Of a stretch of 37,486 nucleotides of DNA, positions 31,605 to 37,486 are shown piece by piece (position 1 is the stretch's first letter; each line of letters starts with the position of its first letter). The notes under the pieces are model-generated. The model worked only from the letters and a program-made list of their open reading frames with translations. It had not been told where the DNA came from and made no database searches. This DNA comes from a virus: the IMG/VR virus record IMGVR_UViG_3300045988_155952, positions 1 to 37,486 of that record; one strand, written 5' to 3'. The position numbers and the translations under genes are program-made.

Positions 31605-33485
31605 ATGGCAGAAGCTTTTGTATTAGAAGGAAAAGTTTTATTAGATGCAAAAAAAGTAATAAATGACTTAGACAAAATAGACAAAAAGGGAAAAGAAACT
31701 GGTAAAAGTTTTGACAGTTTAGGAGATATTGCTACAAAAGTTGGTAATAAAATGAATAAATTCGCCGGAAAGACTTTAAAGGTAGTAGGCGGAGCGTTGA
31801 CGGGAATAACATCTTTAGTTGTAGGATTTGGAATTAAATCTAATGCAAGTTTAGAAACTTCAACCACAGCGTGGACTACTTTACTTGGGACACAAGAAAG
31901 AGCTAAAAAGATGATGGACGATATAACAAAGTATGCAGCAACCACACCATTCAGCAAAGCAGGAGTTGACGCAATGGCGAAGCAATTACATAATGCTGGT
32001 TATGAAGGTGATAAACTATTTGAACAGTTAACTAAGTTCGGTAATATGGGTGGTGCATTTGGTATACAAGAAGATAGTTTAAAAGAAATGGTAAGGCAAT
32101 ATAGCCAAGTACAAATGGCTACAGTTGCCTATACAGAAGATTTAAACATACTTCAAGATAGAGGAGTTCCAATTTATAAAGCCCTTGCCGAAGTTACAGG
32201 TAAAAGCGTTGCAGAAGTTAAAAAGATGGCTGGAGAAGGTAAAATAAGTGCTGATATTTACAACAAAGCTATTGATAGTATCGCAAAAACTACAGATGGG
32301 GCTATGGCTAAACAATCACGTACATTTAGTGGTATGGTCAGTACTCTAAAAGATAATTTAACTACAGTAAGTCAAAAAATAGTTGAGCCACTTTTTGAAA
32401 AATTAATCGAAGTAATGCCTAAGATAATAGATGTTATAGATAAGGTTACTGAAAATCTTGATAAAGGATTACCTTTATATGAATCAGTTAAGGACGCTAT
32501 ATCAAGCGTATTTGGTGAAGATACTTGGAACAAGATTAATAGAGTAAAAAATATTGTTATTGCCTTTGTTGGTGCTATGGCACTTTTAAAAACAGTTATG
32601 GCAGTATCTAATTTTATCACTTCTGTTAGTTCTGCATTTAACGTTTTAAGTGGTGCTTTGCAAAAGAGCGAATTTTTCACAACTTTAGCAGCAAAGGCAC
32701 AAATGTTATTAAATGGTGCTTGGCTAAGTAATCCTATTACATGGATTATTATAGGAATTGGACTATTGGTAGGTGCAATTATTATTCTGTGGAATAAGTC
32801 AGAAACCTTTAGGCAATTTGTTTTAAATATGTGGGAACAAATAAAACTTAAATTCCAGGAGTTTAAGGACTGGCTAACCGGTATTTTTACAGTAGATTGG
32901 TCAAATTCATTTGGAATGTTTGGAAATGTCATAAATGCTTTCTTGCAGAATGTTAAAAATGTATGGGATTCTATAAAGAGAATATTTGAAGGTGTAATTC
33001 AATTTGTAAAAGGTGCGTTTACTGGAGATTGGAGTTTAGCTTGGGAAGGTGTAAAAAATATCTTTGGTGGAATAATGGACGGATTAGGTGCAGTTATTAA
33101 AGCTCCACTTAATGCAGTAATAGGACTTATAAATGGCGCTATACAAGGTATTAATGACGCTATAAGTTTTACAGTGCCAGATTGGATTCCCGGGTTAGGC
33201 GGTAAGGGATTTAGCGTAAATATTCCTAAAATTAATTATCTTGAAAATGGTGGTATATTAACACAACCTACTATGCTAAACGCCAATGTTATGGCAGGAG
33301 AAAAAAATAAGGGAAGACAAGCACAAACGGAAGTCGTTGTTCCACTTGATAGACTTGAACAGTGGATTAAATGGTTAGCAAGTAGACCAGCAATATTGCA
33401 AACGCCAGATGGTAAAGAGTTAATGAGGTTTTTAGCCCCACATCAAAATGAATTTGAAGAATATAATAATAGATTTGCATATTAG
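31605..33485 (+). CDS. Tail tape measure protein
   Basis: 626 aa. It has a TP901-type core (TTPFSKAGVDAMAKQLHNAGY) and a central hydrophobic segment, and lies after the chaperone pair. Confidence 0.88.
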   Translation: MAEAFVLEGKVLLDAKKVINDLDKIDKKGKETGKSFDSLGDIATKVGNKMNKFAGKTLKVVGGALTGITSLVVGFGIKSNASLETSTTAWTTLLGTQERAKKMMDDITKYAATTPFSKAGVDAMAKQLHNAGYEGDKLFEQLTKFGNMGGAFGIQEDSLKEMVRQYSQVQMATVAYTEDLNILQDRGVPIYKALAEVTGKSVAEVKKMAGEGKISADIYNKAIDSIAKTTDGAMAKQSRTFSGMVSTLKDNLTTVSQKIVEPLFEKLIEVMPKIIDVIDKVTENLDKGLPLYESVKDAISSVFGEDTWNKINRVKNIVIAFVGAMALLKTVMAVSNFITSVSSAFNVLSGALQKSEFFTTLAAKAQMLLNGAWLSNPITWIIIGIGLLVGAIIILWNKSETFRQFVLNMWEQIKLKFQEFKDWLTGIFTVDWSNSFGMFGNVINAFLQNVKNVWDSIKRIFEGVIQFVKGAFTGDWSLAWEGVKNIFGGIMDGLGAVIKAPLNAVIGLINGAIQGINDAISFTVPDWIPGLGGKGFSVNIPKINYLENGGILTQPTMLNANVMAGEKNKGRQAQTEVVVPLDRLEQWIKWLASRPAILQTPDGKELMRFLAPHQNEFEEYNNRFAY

Positions 33486-33500
33486 GAGGGGAGTTAATTA

Positions 33501-34208
33501 ATGTTAGATAGATTTATATTTAATGGGAAGAAAAATTATAGTGATCTAGGTTTATTAGTTAAGTCCTCAATTAATATTCCTATTACCCAAGAAAAAGTTA
33601 CAGATGAAGAAGTAGAAGGAAGAAACGGAACTCTAACAGTAGCAACTGGTGTATATCCTAACAAAATACTAGATATAGAGGTAGGCTTAGAAGATAACTC
33701 CGAGTTTTGGAAGCACTTTGACTTAATAGATGACTGGCTAACTAATATAGAAGATAATAGATTGATTTTATTAGATAGACCTAACAAGGCTTACAGGGTT
33801 AAAAGAGTTAATAAAAGTAATTGGGTACAAGAAATTAAGTGGGAAGGCACAACAACGTTATCTTTCTTATGCGAACCATTCCTTACAGAAATAGAAGAAT
33901 ATCCAATAAATATATTAAATATAGATAACTTTTACTACCAAGGTACTTACCAAGGTGAAGTTAATTTAAAGATAAAGGCTACCGGTAATATACAAATAGT
34001 ATTTAACGGAGAGCCTTTTATTATTGAAAATGTCAATGGTTTTGTAGAAATAGACGGAAAAAGTCTAAGGTGTGTAAATGAAGATGGCACAAACCACGAT
34101 TTTACCGCTACATTCTTTCCAACCTTACAAAGAGGTAATAACACTATAGAACTTATTGGAAGTATTACAGAAGCTATTATGCTACCTAATACGGCATATG
34201 TGAATTAG
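33501..34208 (+). CDS. Distal tail protein (Dit)
   Basis: Lies immediately after the tape measure. Size and N-terminus are typical of the siphovirus tail family. Confidence 0.7.
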   Translation: MLDRFIFNGKKNYSDLGLLVKSSINIPITQEKVTDEEVEGRNGTLTVATGVYPNKILDIEVGLEDNSEFWKHFDLIDDWLTNIEDNRLILLDRPNKAYRVKRVNKSNWVQEIKWEGTTTLSFLCEPFLTEIEEYPINILNIDNFYYQGTYQGEVNLKIKATGNIQIVFNGEPFIIENVNGFVEIDGKSLRCVNEDGTNHDFTATFFPTLQRGNNTIELIGSITEAIMLPNTAYVN

Positions 34209-34219
34209 GAGGTGCTTTT

Positions 34220-36067
34220 ATGAATGGAAATATAATTAAAATAAGCCACTTTCCCAAAGGAACTCCTAAAGATACTGTACTGACTAAGACAAGAACTGTA
34301 TTAGACAATATATGCAGAAGTTGTACTGTGGAGGAAGATATAACAAGTGGAAACTATACTTTAGATGCAGAATTTCTAGTTGATAGCGGAGGATTGTGGA
34401 ACGAATTAGTTGAGGAAAGTATATTGAAATGTCAACTTGACTATGGAACAGAGATATTTGTAATAAAGAAGGTTAAGAAACAGAGTAGATATATTACAGT
34501 TGCTGCAGTTCAAATGACAATACACGCTTGTAATACATTATGGTTAGAAGATGTAAGGCCAACCAATACAAATGGTCAAGGTGCTTTAAGCCATATGCTT
34601 ATTAATGCTATAGGAAAGAAAAAAGAAATAGTGTTGCAATCTAATATTTCTATAATGAACACCGCTTATTACCAACGTAAAAGGCTACAGGAAGCGTTGT
34701 TTGGTGCGGACAATAGTTTTATCGAACGTTGGGGTGGTGAGGTTCTAAGAAGGGGATATACGCTTTCTATAAACGATAGAATCGGAATGGATAGAAAGGT
34801 TGTTATTCGTAGAGGTAAAAATCTTACAGGGTTTGAAGGGACTACAGATTTAGACCAACTTTGCACCATGGCTAAGGGAGTTGGGTTTGACGGAATTACT
34901 CACGAAGGATATGTAATGTCCCCACTTGCAGAGCAATATGACCAGTATTATCCTAGAGAATTTAAATATGATGATGTAAAAGTCAAAACAGAAAATGATA
35001 CAGAGGGTTATGACACTCTTGAGGAAGCACAAGCCGAGTTAATCAGAAGAGTTAATTTAGAATACTCTAAAAATCATGTAGACGAATTAAGGGCAGAATA
35101 TAATCTTAGTTTTATACCGCTTTCAATGACCGAGGAATATAAGTACCTAGCAAGTGAGGTTATTTACTTAGGCGATACTGTTAAAATACAAGAAACACTT
35201 TTAGGAATAGATTTGAAAGTTAGGGTTATTAGTCGAAAATTTGATGTTATGAAGCAAAAGCCACTTTCTATGACTTTATCGAATATTCCGATTGAAGAAA
35301 AGAGAACTACAGTAAGTGACAGTGCTATTATCAAACAACTTAAAGACCAAATAAAGCAAAATAACAACTCGGTTGCAGAATATGTGCAAAGCATGATTAA
35401 CAGTGGTTCTACAAATTCCTATGTACTTTATAGACAAAATGAAATATTGGCTATGGATAGTAAAGATATAAACAGTGCTATAAATGTAGTTAGATTAAAT
35501 AAGCATGGTTTGGGCTTTAGCAATACAGGCTATTATGGCGAATATACTTACGGATTTACTATAGATGGGGTTTTAAATGCTAGTTTAATTAGAACTGGTA
35601 TACTAACCGCAATTCTAATTCAAAGTGTTAGTGGGGATTGCAGTATAAACCTAGAAACAGGGGAAGTTAATTTTAATAAAGGTAGTATAAAAGGCCCAGG
35701 CATAGATATCAGTTTAAATAATGGATATGTAAGGACTTTTGCTACAATAGCTGGTGAAATATTTGAAGTAATGTTATCTCAAGGTGGCGTTAAATCCAAT
35801 CATAGTCTTTCGGTTAAAGCACAAGAAAAAATGAATTTAGAGAGTAGTGGAAATTGGTTATATCTTCTTTGCCAAGAAGGCGCAAATAGCGCTAAATGGA
35901 GCAATATCTTAATGAGTAAGGACAATATAATAATTAGTGCTGATGGTGGCAGTAGTGGAAAAGTACTTATAAATGGTAAGAATGGCGTTGAAATAAACGG
36001 GCGAGAAATAACTTCGACTTTAAATAATATAGAAACTGTGATGTTAAGAAGTGAGGGGATTATATGA
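34220..36067 (+). CDS. Tail-associated / baseplate hub protein (Tal-like)
   Basis: 615 aa, following Dit. The assignment rests on position and size. Confidence 0.7.
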   Translation: MNGNIIKISHFPKGTPKDTVLTKTRTVLDNICRSCTVEEDITSGNYTLDAEFLVDSGGLWNELVEESILKCQLDYGTEIFVIKKVKKQSRYITVAAVQMTIHACNTLWLEDVRPTNTNGQGALSHMLINAIGKKKEIVLQSNISIMNTAYYQRKRLQEALFGADNSFIERWGGEVLRRGYTLSINDRIGMDRKVVIRRGKNLTGFEGTTDLDQLCTMAKGVGFDGITHEGYVMSPLAEQYDQYYPREFKYDDVKVKTENDTEGYDTLEEAQAELIRRVNLEYSKNHVDELRAEYNLSFIPLSMTEEYKYLASEVIYLGDTVKIQETLLGIDLKVRVISRKFDVMKQKPLSMTLSNIPIEEKRTTVSDSAIIKQLKDQIKQNNNSVAEYVQSMINSGSTNSYVLYRQNEILAMDSKDINSAINVVRLNKHGLGFSNTGYYGEYTYGFTIDGVLNASLIRTGILTAILIQSVSGDCSINLETGEVNFNKGSIKGPGIDISLNNGYVRTFATIAGEIFEVMLSQGGVKSNHSLSVKAQEKMNLESSGNWLYLLCQEGANSAKWSNILMSKDNIIISADGGSSGKVLINGKNGVEINGREITSTLNNIETVMLRSEGII

Positions 36068-36222
36068 TAAGTGAATTTTATGTAGAGTGCTTAGCAAAGA
36101 AAATTATAAATAAAGAAATAAATCTCTACACTAATAATCCTTTCTGCCTTGAAGATATAAAAAAAGAGGAATATATAGAACCAGTTAAGATGAAAATAGA
36201 GGAAATGGGGGGAACTCGATAA
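36064..36222 (+). CDS. Hypothetical 52-aa protein between Tal and the tail fibre
   Basis: ATGA overlap with the Tal stop and TAATG overlap with the tail-fibre start. It is below the ORF-track cut-off. Confidence 0.5.
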   Translation: MISEFYVECLAKKIINKEINLYTNNPFCLEDIKKEEYIEPVKMKIEEMGGTR

Positions 36223-37486
36223 TGGTTTATCCAAGTAATATAACTTTAAACTTAAATACACGATATGTGTTGCCGATTCCGACCGCACAACAAGGGGACA
36301 CCGCAAGAGTATTAACTTTTAACATACTCAATAATGGTGTTCCTTTTAGTTTGGTTGGAAAAACAGTTAGGACAAAGATAGTTAAGCCAGACAATACGAA
36401 ATGTTACAACGACTTGACTATTACCAATGCAACTAATGGGGAATGCATTTTAAAGCTTACCAATCAAATCTTAGCGGTAGCTGGAAAGGTTAATTGTCAG
36501 CTTGAAATAAAAGAAGGGGAAGAACTTCTAAGTACAATTATATTTTCAATAGATGTTGAACCTAGTATAGATATAAGTGGAGCGGTAGAAAGCACTAATG
36601 AGTTTACTGCTTTATTAAACGGAATTATAAAGTTAGATGAATGGGATAAATATTTCAAAGAAACTAGTGGACAAATAGAACAAAAGTATACTGTAGAATT
36701 AAATAATATTAAGTCGTCCTTGGAAGAAAGTAAAGATATAAATATGTCTAAATTCTTAGAGATGTCTAATCCAACAGGAATAGAAGAAACTTGTATAAAC
36801 TTTACAGATGATGATGGAAGAAGAACTTTTTCAACAGTTTTAAGACCTATTTTTGAAGAAAAAGGAGTTAGGTGTAATTTGGCAATTAACCCCGCTTATG
36901 TTGGTGACGAAAATAAATATACTTGGGAAGAACTTAAACAGTTACAAAGCGAGGGGTATGAGATAGTATCTCATGGATATGATCATAAAGATTTTGATAC
37001 AATGACAGATGTACAATTAATAGAAGATTGTGAAAAAGTTAAATCACTATTTAATCAGCATGGGATTGACTATAAAAATATTTGTGTATTACCTAACAAT
37101 AAACAAGGTAATACAAATATAATTAAAAAATATTATAATTTCTGCTATGGAAATACTACTACAGGAAATTCCCATGCAACACTTCCTTTGGATTCAATGA
37201 GAATAGCAAGATGTAACATAGAAGGATATACATTAGAACAATTAAAAGCTAGAGTAGATAATGCGATAGCCAATAAGGCTTATCTTACTTTTATGATACA
37301 TTCTTGGATGGATGTTTTTCAGACAGAACAGAAACAACAAGATATAAAAGATTTGATAGATTACATTAAATCAAGAAATATTAAAATAGTTACATCAAGT
37401 GTTGCAAGAAGTTTAATAGGAAATAGTATAGAATATGGTACTGTGAATGATAGCAACCATATTATTGTTACTAATTACGGAAAGAT
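36222..37486 (+). CDS. Tail fibre / receptor-binding protein, N-terminal part: BppU-like N-domain plus NodB/CE4 polysaccharide-deacetylase domain (continues at nt 120 after the overlap)
   Basis: The ATG is at 36222 and no stop occurs before the window end, which is why the ORF track omits it. The N-terminus YVLPIPTAQQGDTARVLTFNILNNGVPFSL..GKTV is BppU-like. CE4 motifs: FTDDDGRR (Asp-Asp), VSHGYDH (H-x3-H) and LTFMIHSW (LxH). Confidence 0.8.
   Translation, partial: MVYPSNITLNLNTRYVLPIPTAQQGDTARVLTFNILNNGVPFSLVGKTVRTKIVKPDNTKCYNDLTITNATNGECILKLTNQILAVAGKVNCQLEIKEGEELLSTIIFSIDVEPSIDISGAVESTNEFTALLNGIIKLDEWDKYFKETSGQIEQKYTVELNNIKSSLEESKDINMSKFLEMSNPTGIEETCINFTDDDGRRTFSTVLRPIFEEKGVRCNLAINPAYVGDENKYTWEELKQLQSEGYEIVSHGYDHKDFDTMTDVQLIEDCEKVKSLFNQHGIDYKNICVLPNNKQGNTNIIKKYYNFCYGNTTTGNSHATLPLDSMRIARCNIEGYTLEQLKARVDNAIANKAYLTFMIHSWMDVFQTEQKQQDIKDLIDYIKSRNIKIVTSSVARSLIGNSIEYGTVNDSNHIIVTNYGK
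37368..37486. repeat. Terminal overlap copy B, identical to 1..119
   Basis: Same comparison as copy A. The overlap lies inside a coding region, so it reflects circular closure or permutation, not a functional terminal repeat. Confidence 0.97.

Larger units (their letters stand above)
1..37486 (+). mobile_element. Complete temperate siphovirus-type phage/prophage genome, circularly closed
   Basis: The window contains full lysogeny, replication, packaging, head, tail and lysis modules. The ends overlap by 119 identical nt, and one ORF reads in frame through the junction. Confidence 0.9.

Noticed and set aside
31562-32932. Minus-strand ORFs 31562..31957 and 32372..32932, antisense to the tape-measure gene (the same applies to 19198..19560, 19958..20338, 13725..14078, 15042..15377, 6919..7266 and 7621..7959)
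   Set aside because: These are shadow ORFs inside long, well-supported genes on the opposite strand. They have Ser/Leu/Phe/Ile-rich compositions typical of antisense reading of AT-rich coding DNA, and no RBSs.
1-37486. CRISPR array, reverse transcriptase (DGR or retron), or transposase/IS element
   Set aside because: There are no regularly spaced direct repeats and no RT motifs (YxDD) in any ORF. The only recombinase is the serine integrase. The repeats found are short regulatory-type words.

Overview
The window is a complete, circularly closed genome. Its two ends share an identical 119-nt overlap (1..119 = 37368..37486), so the unique length is 37,367 nt. It looks like a temperate siphovirus-type phage or prophage from an AT-rich Firmicute, probably Clostridium-like, judging by strong GGAGG ribosome-binding sites, a BhlA/UviB-type holin and a GH25 endolysin. 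Almost all genes are on the + strand. Gene order: (1) tail-fibre C-terminus, from a gene that spans the junction; (2) a self-contained RES-domain moron; (3) a lysis cassette with a BhlA-like holin, a second holin and a GH25 muramidase; (4) an accessory island with an XRE regulator, a micro-ORF, an FtsK/SpoIIIE/TcpA-like ATPase, a GC-rich iteron-bearing spacer, an HUH rolling-circle Rep/relaxase, two small proteins and a second XRE; (5) the lysogeny switch, with a large serine integrase and cI-like repressor on the - strand, an operator-bearing divergent region, a Cro-like protein and an antirepressor; (6) early, replication and recombination genes: Gp157-like, Rad52/Sak-like annealase, replisome organizer, DnaB, SSB, orphan beta-class DNA methyltransferase, ERCC4-type nuclease, metallophosphoesterase and DUF3310; (7) late-regulator candidates, then an activator-type promoter followed immediately by an intrinsic terminator and a structured leader; (8) terS; (9) a 740-nt non-coding block containing tRNA-Trp(CCA), tRNA-Ser(GCU) and unexplained structured or repeat sequence; (10) terL, SPP1-like portal, Mu-F-like minor head protein, scaffold, major capsid, connectors, major tail protein, a chaperone pair with a -1 frameshift, tape measure, Dit and Tal; (11) a tail fibre with a BppU-like N-terminus and a NodB/CE4 deacetylase domain. 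The best candidates for something undescribed are: (a) the coupling-protein / oriT-like spacer / RCR-relaxase block inside the phage accessory region, which would make this a phage-IME hybrid; (b) the antitoxin-less RES-domain gene with its own promoter and terminator; (c) the structured non-coding block with tRNAs between terS and terL; (d) the promoter-terminator-leader arrangement upstream of the late operon. All family assignments come from motif recognition by eye. No database search was run.
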